64,000 nucleotides of DNA from an uncultured delta proteobacterium (GTDB lineage: Bacteria; Myxococcota; Kuafuiibacteriia; Kuafuiibacteriales; Kuafuiibacteriaceae): the NCBI GenBank assembly GCA_963803435.1, contig CAWDML010000001.1, forward strand, positions 2,304,001 to 2,368,000, given 5' to 3'. The notes under the pieces are model-generated. The model worked only from the letters and a program-made list of their open reading frames with translations. It did no database searches and was not told where the DNA came from. The first letter of the stretch is position 1. Each line of letters starts with the position of its first letter. A program made the position numbers and the translations under genes. Positions 8,864-19,091 of this stretch are shown here, piece by piece.

Positions 8864-10336
8864 GTGCTGCTGCTGCTGCTGCTTCTACCTGCGCTCACAC
8901 CGCTGGTCTCGCCGCACCCTCCGTTTCAGGACTGGGCGGGACACCTGGCCGTGGCTGGAGCGCTGCTCCACCTCGGTGAGCCCGGCGCGGGCACCGATCA
9001 CTTCCTGATCCACCAGCGGACGCTCGGACCGAACGGCGCGCTCTATCCGGTCATCGCGGCACTCGCGCGGATCCTCCCGCCCACCTGGGCGGCCGGCCTC
9101 GTGCTGGCGGCCGTGCTCGGCTCGATCGGGCCAGCGTCGCTCCGGCTGTGCCGGGCGGCCGGCGCGGATCCACGGCTGGCGCTGCTGTCGCTCCCCGTCG
9201 CCTTCGCACGCCCGACCTACGCCGGCTTCATCCCGAACGTGGCCGCCACGTCGCTGCTGGTGGTGGTGCTGGCCGCCTATCTCGATCACCGCCGCACCGC
9301 CCTCCACCGGCACGTCGTTCTGCAGGTTGTCCTGCAATCGCTGCTCGCCCTCACCCACGCCTTCGTCGCGCTCGTCTCGATCGGACTGATCGGGCTCTGG
9401 GCGGCACTGGATCTGGCCAAGGCCCGTCGGACCGCGCTCTGGGGCGCCGCCGCCGCCGCCGCCGGTCTGCTGGTGCTCGGCGTGCTCTTCGCCGGCGGCG
9501 GCGCGCTGGGCGGAGCCGCCGCCGCGATCGTGTCCGGCGATCGCGCCGGCATGGCCAGCGATCTCTGGTCGTGGCTCGTCGGCTTCCGCGGCGGCACCCT
9601 CGCCGACGACCTGCTCCAGATCGCGTGGCTCGCACCCTTGGCCGCACTGATCGGCGCCAAGAGCAACTGGGACGCGCCCGCGCGACACCTCCTCTTCGCG
9701 CTGCTGGCCGTGGCCGTCGCCTTCGTCCTCATCCCCATGGACGTCGGCCCTCCCGTCAGCTGGTGGGGGGCCCGCGGCCGCCTCCCCGCCGTCGCGGTGC
9801 TGCTCGCCATCCCGCTGGTCCCAGCCGAGCGTCCCCGCGCGCTGTGGCTCGCGGTGACCGCCGCCGTCGCCATCACGATCTACTCGCTGGTCGAGCTCTG
9901 GGTATGGGAGCGGACGATCATGCCCGGCTTCGACGCGGTGCTGGCGGCGCTCCCCGAGGGCCGGGCCCTCTCCGTCCTCTGGTACGACGTCGACCCCAAT
10001 CGCCGCTTCCCCGGCGCGCCCCTCGGTCACGCCGGCGGCTGGTACGTCCTCGAGAAGGGCGGCGCCACCGCGCAGACGTTCTTCGAACCGGCGGGCGCGG
10101 GGACCGTCGCCGCTGCCGCCCTCCCGTTCGCCGTGCGGCGACCGGTGCCCGGCCCGCCCTGGGGCATGGCCGAGCTGTTCGACCCCGCCGCCCACACCGA
10201 GGGTGTCGACCTCTATCTGGTGCGCGGCCGCCCCGACGCCCCCGGCGCCCCGTTCTATGGAGCGTCCCGCAACGCGATCACGAAGCTCGCCGAGCACGGG
10301 GCATGGTCGGCCTGGACAACCCACGCATCGCGCTGA
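8864..10336 (+). CDS. Polytopic membrane protein, GT-C glycosyltransferase-like
   Basis: About 11 hydrophobic segments, early luminal loop PPFQDWAGHLA, GFIPN motif, soluble C-terminal domain. Confidence 0.65.
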   Translation: MLLLLLLLPALTPLVSPHPPFQDWAGHLAVAGALLHLGEPGAGTDHFLIHQRTLGPNGALYPVIAALARILPPTWAAGLVLAAVLGSIGPASLRLCRAAGADPRLALLSLPVAFARPTYAGFIPNVAATSLLVVVLAAYLDHRRTALHRHVVLQVVLQSLLALTHAFVALVSIGLIGLWAALDLAKARRTALWGAAAAAAGLLVLGVLFAGGGALGGAAAAIVSGDRAGMASDLWSWLVGFRGGTLADDLLQIAWLAPLAALIGAKSNWDAPARHLLFALLAVAVAFVLIPMDVGPPVSWWGARGRLPAVAVLLAIPLVPAERPRALWLAVTAAVAITIYSLVELWVWERTIMPGFDAVLAALPEGRALSVLWYDVDPNRRFPGAPLGHAGGWYVLEKGGATAQTFFEPAGAGTVAAAALPFAVRRPVPGPPWGMAELFDPAAHTEGVDLYLVRGRPDAPGAPFYGASRNAITKLAEHGAWSAWTTHASR

Positions 10337-10357
10337 GCCGACCTCCCGCTCCTACGG

Positions 10358-10415
10358 CCGTCACCGTCACGGTCGACGCCCGACGGTGACGGACCACCGA
10401 TGACCGTGACCGTGC
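10358..10415. repeat. Hexamer-based palindrome (REP-like element / bidirectional terminator) between convergent genes
   Basis: Perfect 11-bp stem CCGTCACCGTC (10358-10368) / GACGGTGACGG (10382-10392), followed by GACCGT GACCGT repeats. Confidence 0.65.
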
Positions 10416-10438
10416 ACGCCGAGAGGGAATCGGGCCCA

Positions 10439-11377
10439 TCAGGTCGGCACCTCCACGCTCTCGAGCAGCGCCGTGATCACGTCGTCCGGCCGCGTGCCTC
10501 CGATCTCCGCGCTCGGCGTCAGCACCAGGCGGTGGCGAAGGACGGGGCGGGCCCAGCGCTTGATGTCGTCCGGGATCACGTACGTGCGCCCCGAGAGGGC
10601 CGCCTGGGCCTTGGCGGCGCGCAGCAGGTTGAGGCCTGCGCGCGGCGAGACGCCGACGGCCACCGAGAGGTGGTTGCGCGTCGATCGCACCACGCGCGTC
10701 GTGTAGTCGACGACCTGTGGGGTCACCTCAATCGTGGCGACCTGACGGCGATGGGCGCGGATGGTCTCGATCCCGGCGACCGCCTCGACCTTGCCCAGCT
10801 CCGCGTCGCGATCGTCGGCGTGGTGGCGGGTGAGGATCGCGCGCTCCGACGCCTCGTCCGGGTAGTCGAACACCAGCTTCATCATGAAGCGGTCGAGCTC
10901 GGCCTCGGGGAGCGGATACGTGCCCTCCTGCTCGATGGGGTTCTGGGTGGCGAACACGACGAACATGTCTTCGAGCGGGTACCGCTTCCCGTCGGCGGTG
11001 ACCGCGCGCTCCTGCATGGCCTCGAGCAGCGCGCTCTGGGTCTTCGCGGGCGCACGGTTGATCTCGTCCCCGAGGAGGAGGTGCGTGAAGATAGGGCCTG
11101 GCCGGAAGTGGAGCTCACCGTCGCGGAGGATGGTGGAACCGGTGACGTCGGACGGCATGAGATCGGGCGTGAACTGCACGCGCCCGAACTCGCAGGAGAG
11201 CGCGGCCGCCAGCGTGCGGACCAGGAGCGTCTTGGCCACGCCCGGCACGCCTTCGAGGAGCACGTGGCCCTCGGTGAGCAGCGCGACCAAGGCACCCTCG
11301 AGCGCCTCGCGCTGTCCGATGACCACCTGCTCGACCTGAGCGATGACCGCTGCGTACAGCTCGCGCACGCTCTCCAT
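10439..11377 (-). CDS. MoxR-family AAA+ ATPase
   Basis: HVLLEGVPGVAKT, RVQFTPDLMPSDVTG, DEINRAPAKTQSALLEAMQE, ATQNPIEQEGTYPLPEAELDRF, SPRA. Confidence 0.96.
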   Translation of the reverse strand: MESVRELYAAVIAQVEQVVIGQREALEGALVALLTEGHVLLEGVPGVAKTLLVRTLAAALSCEFGRVQFTPDLMPSDVTGSTILRDGELHFRPGPIFTHLLLGDEINRAPAKTQSALLEAMQERAVTADGKRYPLEDMFVVFATQNPIEQEGTYPLPEAELDRFMMKLVFDYPDEASERAILTRHHADDRDAELGKVEAVAGIETIRAHRRQVATIEVTPQVVDYTTRVVRSTRNHLSVAVGVSPRAGLNLLRAAKAQAALSGRTYVIPDDIKRWARPVLRHRLVLTPSAEIGGTRPDDVITALLESVEVPT

Positions 11378-11392
11378 AGAGACGGCTGCCTA

Positions 11393-12761
11393 TCACCATT
11401 GGGCGTCGGCGGCGACCCGAAGCGCACGGAGCGCCTGCGCCCGCGCGATCAGAATCCTTCGCGCTCTCGACCGTGTCCGGATCCAGGAGCGCCGCCACCT
11501 CCGCTGGATCGCGCCCAAGCCGCCGGGCGATCAGCGGGACCAGCTGCGCGTCCGCGCCGGCCGGAACGGCAGAGCGCAGCCGGTGGCGGGACAGCGCGAT
11601 CAACCGCGCGGCCGCGCCGGGGACGTCGCTCGCCCGGAGGAAGAGCGATGCCATCGCGTCGATCACCTCGTCCCGCGATCGCCGCGGAGGGACCTCGAAT
11701 GGGACCACCGAGCGGTTGCGCCAGACGACCACCAGGATCCAGACCAGCAGCGTGACGCCGAGCTGCCACGCCAGCCAGCGGGCGCGCGTGTGGAGCGCCA
11801 GGTCGATCACCGACGACGCCTCGCGCCCGCCGTGGCTGAACTCCTCGAAGAGGACGACCCGGCTGCCGGCGGTCTCGGTCAACCGCTCGACGGCGCGCAC
11901 CGCCAGCCGCGCGTGGGCCGCCCGCGCGATCGCAGCGTTCTGGAACAGCCGCGGCTCGCTGAGGATCAGCAGCCGTCCGCCTCCGATCTCGAGCTCGATC
12001 AGCACGGGCCGCCCGCCCGCTGACAGGAGCACCCGATACGTCCGGCCCTCCTTCTTCGAGCGCCCCGGATCGGGCAGCCACACCCGGGGCCGGGTGATCG
12101 CGAGCGCCGCGCGCGGGCCGAGCTCCGGCGCCATCGCACCGTCGAGCGCCACCGTGCTGGTCCGCTGGGTCCTCAGCCGATCCTCGAGGAGCGGCACACC
12201 GGCCAGCGCGGTCAGGTCGCTCGAATCCCAGCTCTCGTCCGCCTCCTGCTGCGCCGCCTCGAAGGCGGCGATCGCCGGATCGAGATCCTCGGGCTCGGTC
12301 CCGGCCGCGACCGACCCGGTCTCCGCGAACGTGCGCCCGCGGATCGCCCTCGCCACCGCGATCGCGCGCCGGGCCTGCACGCCGAGCTCGCCCTGGTCGT
12401 CGTCGAGCTCGGCCGGGCGATCGGGATCGGGACCGAGCGTGACGAGCGCCGCGTGACCCCGCTCGATCCACGACAGCAAGCTCCGCGCGTACTCGCCCTG
12501 GTCGCGAAACAGGGAGGGTCCGGGCTCCAGCGCGATCAGCGACGACGGCTCTTCCGGCAGCGTCTCCAGGCCGCGCTCGAAGCGGCGCACCTCGTAGCCG
12601 AGCGCCTCGAAGAGGAGGAAGACCGCCTTGTGTCCGACGCGCGTGGTGGAGCGGCTGTTGCGACCGACCGGAGCCTTCGGTCCGATGATCAGCGCGCCCA
12701 GCAAGAGCGGTACCAGGACAATCGCGAGCACGGCGATCGTGTTGAGGATCGCGCGCCTCAT
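11393..12761 (-). CDS. DUF4350-domain membrane protein (frameshift near 11454)
   Basis: N-terminal TM, GHKAVFLLFEALG, IGGGRLLILSEPRLFQNAAI, VLFEEFSHG. Removing one base at 11452-11456 gives the natural end ..KDLIARAQALRALRVAADAQW* just before moxR. Confidence 0.8.
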
Positions 12762-13384
12762 CGGCTCGCTCCCAGCTCCCGCGCCTCGCGCCAGTCGTCC
12801 TGCGAGAGCGGAAGCCCCGCGTAGAGCCCCTCCTCGATCCGCTCCGCGAGGCGCCCCAAGCGTGCGTGGGATGACGACGAGCGCGCGAACTCGTCGACGA
12901 GCTCCCGATAGGTGTGCGCCCTCCGGAAGCGCCCGGCCTCGCGCAGGCTCTCGAGCGAGCCCTCCTGGAGCGCCTGCTCGATGATGTGCGCCCGGAAGAG
13001 CGCGCGAAGGGCGTCGAGATAGCGCTCGCCGGCCGCCAGCCGCTCGGCCTCGCGCCGCAGCGAGCGCGGGTCGCCCGTCAGCTCTGCGGGGATGCCGTCG
13101 ACGCCGGCGGCGTCACCGTACGCCCGCCGCGCCGCACCGCGGGCGCCGTACCAGACCGCGGTGGCGAGCACGAGCGTGCCCGCGATCAGGAGCAGCACGA
13201 AGACGCCCGGGTGGTTGGAGCGCAGCTCTCCGATGAAGGCGTCGACCGCCTGAAGGAGGGCGGTGGCCATCTCGGCGATCGCCTGCACCTCGGAACCTCC
13301 GCCGCGATCCAGGCCGCGAAACTCCTCGCGCTCGAGAATCGACCGGATCACCCGATCGACCTGCTCGCCCGAGAGGTGGCTCAT
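12758..13384 (-). CDS. DUF4129-domain protein
   Basis: ILEREEF N-terminal motif, TM, EAERLAAGERYLDALRALF, HTYRELV, EEGLYAG. Coupled to neighbours (ATGA). Confidence 0.8.
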   Translation of the reverse strand: MSHLSGEQVDRVIRSILEREEFRGLDRGGGSEVQAIAEMATALLQAVDAFIGELRSNHPGVFVLLLIAGTLVLATAVWYGARGAARRAYGDAAGVDGIPAELTGDPRSLRREAERLAAGERYLDALRALFRAHIIEQALQEGSLESLREAGRFRRAHTYRELVDEFARSSSSHARLGRLAERIEEGLYAGLPLSQDDWREARELGASR

Positions 13385-14337
13385 CGTTCGGCGGTGCGCT
13401 CGGCGAGGTGGGAGAGGTCGAAGGCCTCGGCCTCACATCGCGCGGTGAAGTAGAACAGGGTCCAGCAGATCGACGTGTAGATCTGCACGAAGATCCCGGC
13501 CACCTGGCTCAGGATCGTGCTCAACACCTGACCGCGGATGAACTGCGGCAGGAGCCGCCGGAGCTCGTCCGGATCGACACCTTCGAACCCGGGCGTCGGC
13601 AGGAAGGCGGTCAACACCGACGTGATCAACAGGTTGACCGCGATCAGGATCAGGAACAGCGCCAGCGCGCGCAGATACCGGCCGCGCATCAGCTCCACCG
13701 AGCGCAAGAGCGCTGCGCGCACGCCGGTGTGCTCGACCGCGAGCACCACCAGCGCCAGGCCGTACCGGAGGATCAGAAAGCAGGTGGCCAGCAGCGCCAG
13801 CACCCCCAGCGCCAGGCCGAACAACCCGCCCAGCGCGATGAGCAGGATCCCGCCCTGGGTGCTGGCCGCCAGCGCGACCGCGACCCCGACCCCGACGGAC
13901 AACGGCACCCCGACCGCCGCCAGGAAGACCAGCGTGAGCACCGCGCCCAGCCCGATCGCCGGCGCCGCCAGACGAAAGGCCTCGGCCAGGATGGTTCCGG
14001 TGGTCCACGGCCGGCTCAGGTAGCTGTCCGCCACGGCGCGCGAGGTCGCGACCATGACGATCGCCCCCGCGACGATCTGAAGCGCGACCACCGCGACGAC
14101 GAACAGCCCGAGCTGGACGCCCAACCGCTCGAGGTCGGGCATGCTGCTCTCCTCGACCATCCGCGTCAGCACGTCGCCGGCCGCCAGGATCCCGTACGCG
14201 AGCAGCCCGGTGGTCGGGACGTAGACGATCAGCTGGAAGAGAAGGAAGCGCGCGAAGCCGTGGCGAAACAGGCGAAAGCCCTCGTCCAGGACCTCGGCGA
14301 TCGACAGCGGCCGCACCCGGAAGCTCGGACCCGACAC
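13381..14337 (-). CDS. Integral membrane protein (GDPD membrane-domain-like, typical first gene of DUF4129/DUF4350/MoxR operons)
   Basis: RVRPLSIAEVLDEGFRLFR start, 6 TMs, VEHTGVRAALLRSVELMRGRY, LFYFTARCEAEAFDL end. Confidence 0.82.
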   Translation of the reverse strand: MSGPSFRVRPLSIAEVLDEGFRLFRHGFARFLLFQLIVYVPTTGLLAYGILAAGDVLTRMVEESSMPDLERLGVQLGLFVVAVVALQIVAGAIVMVATSRAVADSYLSRPWTTGTILAEAFRLAAPAIGLGAVLTLVFLAAVGVPLSVGVGVAVALAASTQGGILLIALGGLFGLALGVLALLATCFLILRYGLALVVLAVEHTGVRAALLRSVELMRGRYLRALALFLILIAVNLLITSVLTAFLPTPGFEGVDPDELRRLLPQFIRGQVLSTILSQVAGIFVQIYTSICWTLFYFTARCEAEAFDLSHLAERTAER

Positions 14338-14347
14338 GGCGGCCCGA

Positions 14348-14677
14348 TCATAACCAAGACACGACGAAAGAGGTGAGGCCGTAGGCGACGAGCCCGAGGA
14401 GGACGGGGACCGTCACCCGCCGGCTGATGCGCGTCCCCAGCGCCACCCCGGCCGCGCTCCCCGACAGCAGCGCGAGCGCGACCCACACGAACCGATCTGC
14501 GCGGCACCAGGGACAGTCGGGCGGCCCGGCCACCTGGATGTTGCAGTGCGCGATCCCACCGGCCCAGATCGGGACGCACCCGCAGTCGAAGTAGAGGTTA
14601 CAGACGGAGTGGATCGACCCCGCCACCAGGGGGAGCACGATCGAGAGCGCGACCAGCGCCCGAGGCCACGCTCTCAC
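14348..14677 (-). CDS. Small Cys-rich membrane protein
   Basis: 3 TMs, CNLYFDCGC..W....HCNI......CPWC loop. Begins 4 nt after the upstream stop. Confidence 0.7.
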   Translation of the reverse strand: MRAWPRALVALSIVLPLVAGSIHSVCNLYFDCGCVPIWAGGIAHCNIQVAGPPDCPWCRADRFVWVALALLSGSAAGVALGTRISRRVTVPVLLGLVAYGLTSFVVSWL

Positions 14678-14681
14678 GCGG

Positions 14682-17600
14682 TCACGGCAGACACTGCGTG
14701 CCGTACTGGACTTCGATGGTCGATCCCGGATCCGGGATCTGGTTCCCGTGGAACGTCAGCGTGTTCGAGGCCGCGTCGAAGGTCCAGCCGTTGGTGCCGT
14801 TCTGCGGCACCACCACGCCGTCGACCCGCACGCTGATCGTGCTCGGATCGGCGGGCCGCGACAGCGTCCAGGCCGTCCTCAGCGTGAAGACGTCGAGGCC
14901 GATGTTCATGAGCATCTGCGACCAGGAGGCGGTGCAGATCGACTCGAACTGTCCGTTGAGCTGGGCCGCGGCGTCGTGGTAGCGCTGGCCGGCCTCGGCG
15001 GTCGAGCAGCCGCTGGGCACGTCGCCGGCGATCGCGGAGACCGACACCAGCTGCGGGTTCGCGAATCCTTTGATGTTGCGGAAGAAGTCGACGTACAGGT
15101 TCACGGACCCCGGCGACTGATCCTCTTCGTCGCTGACCATGATCACGGCCAGCCGCGCGTCCGGACGGAGGAAGCCGGCGTTCTCGTTGTTGATGATCGG
15201 GACGTCGAGCGCGAGCCGCGCCGCCTGCAACCCGGCCTCCTGCTCGTCCGAACCGAGCGGATTTGGACGCGAGTTTCCGTTGGGCGGGTTGGTCACGTTG
15301 GCAGCGCAGTCGAACGCCTGGTTGCGGTTGGCGTCGCTGCTCTTGATGATCTTGTTGAACCCGTTGCAGCCCCAGATCTTCCCGGCCGGTGCGTCGTTGA
15401 TCTCGGTGGTGATGACGCCGATCTGATAGTCGACGCCGAGCGTGTCCGCGAACCCGATGAAGCTCGCGAAGTTCGTGCCGAGCAGGTTTTGCTCCTCGCT
15501 CATCGAGCTCGAGTCGTCGACCACCCAGAGGAGGTCGATCTTGTTGTCGACCAACTGCTGGAAGACATCGGTCTGGTTCGAGTTGGTGGTGGACGCACCG
15601 ACCAGCGGGACGGTCAGCGGAGCGCCCATGCCGCCGCCGTTGGTGACGTCGTTGTCGATGATCAGCAGCCCCTGGTGCTGCGACGGGCTGGCCCGCGAGG
15701 GGAAGAACCGCAGCTGGACCTCGACGTGGCTGCCCGGCTGCACGGTGATATTCTGGTAGGGCGCGTTGATCGGCGTGGTGCCGTTGGCGAGCACGGCGGC
15801 GATCAGGAAGACCGGATCCGACGTCGAGTCGATGTTGATCGACGTGATCGTCAGCGCGCCGGTGCCCGAATTATAGACGTTGACCACGCGCGGCACCGAG
15901 CCGCACGAGCTGCGATTGTCGGGAGGCTGCGGATTCTCCCAGGTGACCACACCGAAGTCGACGTCCTGCGGGATCACGTCGATCGTGGGGACGGTCGGTC
16001 GCGCCGAGATCGACAGCGACCAGTCGGGCTGGGCCAGCCCCTGTCCCGCCAGCGTGAAGTCGAGGTGGTTGAGGAGGCCGCCGTACAGACCGAGCGGGTT
16101 GGTAGCCCCCATCGTCGGCGCGAAGACGACGTCCATCTGCGCCGACTGTCCCGAGCTGAAAGTGATCGGCAGCGGGCGCGACGGCGTGACGCTGAACTGC
16201 GTCGCCGCCTGCGTCACCAGGTTGAAGCTCTGGAGGACGCAGTCGGTGTTGCCGACGTTGTCGACGCGCACGGACAGCGACTTGCTGTATCCGATGTTGA
16301 CCGCGCCGAACTCGAGCCGCCCGTCGCGCATGGTGATGGGGTTGTCGTTGCCCGACGGGATCACGTTGACCTCGCACACCGGCGTGCCGCCGCCCTGCGA
16401 GAGCAGCTCAATGTGGTTGGTGGCGCCGGGCCCCGGCTCGTCCGAGGTGACGTCGAAGGAGGACATGTACGCGACCACCGGGCCCGCGGGCGCTGCGAAG
16501 CGGACCTGCAGCGTGTAGTCGGCACCCGCCGCCACGGGGGTGGGGAGCGCCGGCTTGTTCAGGATCGTGAAGCTCGCGTCCGCCGGATCGCTGATCGCAG
16601 TGAGCGTGCATTCCTTGGTCCCGACGTTGGCGAGGATGACGTTGCGATCGGCCTGCGACCCGCCGGCGACGGTCCCAAAGTTGACGCTGGTCGGGATGGG
16701 CTGGAGATCGCAGGTGGCCGCCTGCCCGGTGAGCAGGATCCACGACTTCAACCCGGAGGGCGCCACCGTGAAGCGGAGCCCGCCGCGGTGCATGCCCGCC
16801 GATTGCGGGTTGTAGGTGATGACGCCCTCGGCGTACTGGCCCGGATCGAGCGTCCCCGGCGCGAAGGCCGTGGTGATCTGGAAGTCAGGCCCCGTGAAGA
16901 AGACGTTGTTCGGATCCGTCTCGAGCGTGGCCTCGCTGAGATCGACGGGCTCCGTACCGCAGGACTCGAGGCGGACCGTCTTCGAGACGCCGGCCCCGCC
17001 CACCTCCGCCAGACCGAAGTCGACCACCTGCACCGGGTTGCAGTCGGCGCCGTCGACGACGCAGGAGCAGATCGCGGGACCAGCGCCGCGACCGTTGATC
17101 GGAACCTCGACGTTTCCCGTGGAGGCGTCGCCCGAGACGATCGCGATCTTTCCGGTGTCGACGCCCCCGTCGATCGGCGCGTAGCTGAGGTTGATCGTGT
17201 ACGTCTCTCCCGGGCGCAGGACCATGCACTCCTGGACCAGCTGGCAGCTGGCGCCGGAGGGCAACTCGGTCACCTCGGGCGCGCAGAACTCGGCGGACTG
17301 CGACTCCAGGCGGATCGATCGGAGGTCGAGCTCTCCTTCGCCGGTGTTCTTGATCGTGACCTGCTCCATCCCGGTCTCACCGAGCGAGACGTCGCCGAAC
17401 TGAACGCCTGCGTCGGCGTTGCAACCCGTATTGCCGCAGACCTCGATCCGCCCGCGGCCTGCGGAGAGGCCGAAGTGGACCTCGTCGCGGTGGGGATCGT
17501 CGCTGAGGATCACCAGATCGACGAGATCGGGCTCGGCGTCCTGCGCCGCGTACGTCACCTTGATCAGGAGCCCGGCCGGTGCAGAAGGATCCGTGTTCGC

Positions 17601-17969
17601 GCTGATCGTCACCGGCAAGGTCGCGGGGACGTCGCCGTCCGGCCCACCGATCTGCGTGAACAGCTCGACCGTGAACTCCGGATCCTCAGCCGAGAGCCCG
17701 ACGCTGGTGACGCTGAGCGGCGCCGAACCGACCGAGCGCACCTCGAAGACACGCTCGCCGCGAGAGCCGAAGTCGGTGGACGCCGCCCGCCCCGTCGCCT
17801 CGAAGTCGTCGGGGATCCGTCGCGGAACGGCCGCGCCTGAGCAGCTGTCCTCCTCCACGAAGGTGAGCCGCATCTCGACGGCTGCCTTCTGGATTCCCTG
17901 ACCTTCGTCACAGCTGCAGCGCGGAAGAAGCGCGGTGATGGCGATCGAACCGAGGAGCAAGCTCCTCAC
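14682..17969 (-). CDS. Large surface (lipo)protein: repeated choice-of-anchor-D/ASH Ig-like domains plus C-terminal vWA domain
   Basis: Signal ending LLPRCSC. About six (V/L)xFGxV...V.I.N.G...L.I..I repeats, intact MIDAS KIDLLWVVDDSSSMSEEQ, GFLRPDARLAVIMVSDEEDQS, final Ig domain. Start GTG 17969 preferred. Confidence 0.88.
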   Translation of the reverse strand: MRSLLLGSIAITALLPRCSCDEGQGIQKAAVEMRLTFVEEDSCSGAAVPRRIPDDFEATGRAASTDFGSRGERVFEVRSVGSAPLSVTSVGLSAEDPEFTVELFTQIGGPDGDVPATLPVTISANTDPSAPAGLLIKVTYAAQDAEPDLVDLVILSDDPHRDEVHFGLSAGRGRIEVCGNTGCNADAGVQFGDVSLGETGMEQVTIKNTGEGELDLRSIRLESQSAEFCAPEVTELPSGASCQLVQECMVLRPGETYTINLSYAPIDGGVDTGKIAIVSGDASTGNVEVPINGRGAGPAICSCVVDGADCNPVQVVDFGLAEVGGAGVSKTVRLESCGTEPVDLSEATLETDPNNVFFTGPDFQITTAFAPGTLDPGQYAEGVITYNPQSAGMHRGGLRFTVAPSGLKSWILLTGQAATCDLQPIPTSVNFGTVAGGSQADRNVILANVGTKECTLTAISDPADASFTILNKPALPTPVAAGADYTLQVRFAAPAGPVVAYMSSFDVTSDEPGPGATNHIELLSQGGGTPVCEVNVIPSGNDNPITMRDGRLEFGAVNIGYSKSLSVRVDNVGNTDCVLQSFNLVTQAATQFSVTPSRPLPITFSSGQSAQMDVVFAPTMGATNPLGLYGGLLNHLDFTLAGQGLAQPDWSLSISARPTVPTIDVIPQDVDFGVVTWENPQPPDNRSSCGSVPRVVNVYNSGTGALTITSINIDSTSDPVFLIAAVLANGTTPINAPYQNITVQPGSHVEVQLRFFPSRASPSQHQGLLIIDNDVTNGGGMGAPLTVPLVGASTTNSNQTDVFQQLVDNKIDLLWVVDDSSSMSEEQNLLGTNFASFIGFADTLGVDYQIGVITTEINDAPAGKIWGCNGFNKIIKSSDANRNQAFDCAANVTNPPNGNSRPNPLGSDEQEAGLQAARLALDVPIINNENAGFLRPDARLAVIMVSDEEDQSPGSVNLYVDFFRNIKGFANPQLVSVSAIAGDVPSGCSTAEAGQRYHDAAAQLNGQFESICTASWSQMLMNIGLDVFTLRTAWTLSRPADPSTISVRVDGVVVPQNGTNGWTFDAASNTLTFHGNQIPDPGSTIEVQYGTQCLP

Positions 17970-18122
17970 TCTATTGCTCGTCTCTCTCACGTAAGTCCCC
18001 TCACCGAGGCGGACGTTAGGGGCCAAAACCTCCATTCAAAATACAATCTTGGGAGGTGCGCACCTCCGCCGCCGGACCCCCACACTGGCAGACGGCGCAC
18101 GGTTGAAGGAGGATGACCGCGG

Positions 18123-19082
18123 GTGAACCGGGGCGCGAACTCGGCGATGGCGCTGGCGCTTCTGTCGGCGTGTGCGACGCCCGCCGGAACGACCTGGGAG
18201 GACGACCGGGCGGACGGCGTGGGCCCTGCGCAGTCCCGCCTCGAGGACCACACCAATCGGGCACCTGTGAAGGCGGTGACCATCGTCCCGAAGTCCGAGG
18301 CCGATTCCACCGACTTCGTCGAGGTCTCCCGGCAGCTCGAGCTCCAAATCCTGCGCTTCACCGCCCAGCGGAACGCGGTCGCCCTCTCCCTCCCCCGCGC
18401 GAAGCTCTGGCCGAAGCCGATGCTCGAGCTCTGGACCCGGACGCTCGCCGCGCTCGAGAAGGCCTACGACGTCCCGAGGGGCGCGCTGTCCCGGCGGATC
18501 CTGATCCAGACCCGCGTCAGCCTCGAGGTGGAGCTCGACCTGACCCAGCGCCGCTTCGGTCCCGCGCCGACCGAGCTCGCGGATCGCGTCAACCGAATTT
18601 ATGTGCAAGTCGCCTTGCACCTACGGGCGAAGCCCCACGAGGATCCGAGGCCGCGCCGGCGCTACGCGATCAAGCTGGAGTGGCCGCTGGCTCCGGTCAT
18701 CGTGACCAGCCCGTTCGGATACCGACGCGATCCGATCCTGGGCTTCGAGGAGATCCGCTTCCACTCCGGGGTGGACCTCGGCGGCGACAGGGGTGACGTC
18801 GTAGTCGCGGCCGCCGAGGGACGCGTCACCTATGCGGGCTGGCTCGGCGGCACCGGACGCACGGTGATCGTCCAGCACGCCGGCGGGTACGTCACCATGT
18901 ATGGGCATCTTCGGCGCGTGATGGTTGCGCACGGGGCGCACGTCCGCCCGGGGACGACGATCGGCTTGTTGGGCAGCACCGGGCGCTCGACCGGCCCCCA
19001 CCTGCACTTCGAGGTGAGGTTCGGTGGGACACCGATCGATCCGCTCGAGGTCGTGGGAGCGGTGATGGCGGCGACGCGGTAA
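18123..19082 (+). CDS. M23-family metallopeptidase lipoprotein
   Basis: Lipobox LLSAC, WPL..IVTSPFGYRRDP, FHSGVDL, YGHL, STGRSTGPHLHFEVR. Confidence 0.93.
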   Translation: MNRGANSAMALALLSACATPAGTTWEDDRADGVGPAQSRLEDHTNRAPVKAVTIVPKSEADSTDFVEVSRQLELQILRFTAQRNAVALSLPRAKLWPKPMLELWTRTLAALEKAYDVPRGALSRRILIQTRVSLEVELDLTQRRFGPAPTELADRVNRIYVQVALHLRAKPHEDPRPRRRYAIKLEWPLAPVIVTSPFGYRRDPILGFEEIRFHSGVDLGGDRGDVVVAAAEGRVTYAGWLGGTGRTVIVQHAGGYVTMYGHLRRVMVAHGAHVRPGTTIGLLGSTGRSTGPHLHFEVRFGGTPIDPLEVVGAVMAATR

Positions 19083-19091
19083 GCTGGCCAG

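Noticed and set aside
8864-8885. (CTG)n trinucleotide run as a contingency locus
   Set aside because: Short in-frame poly-Leu of a signal/TM segment. Length change would not switch frame.
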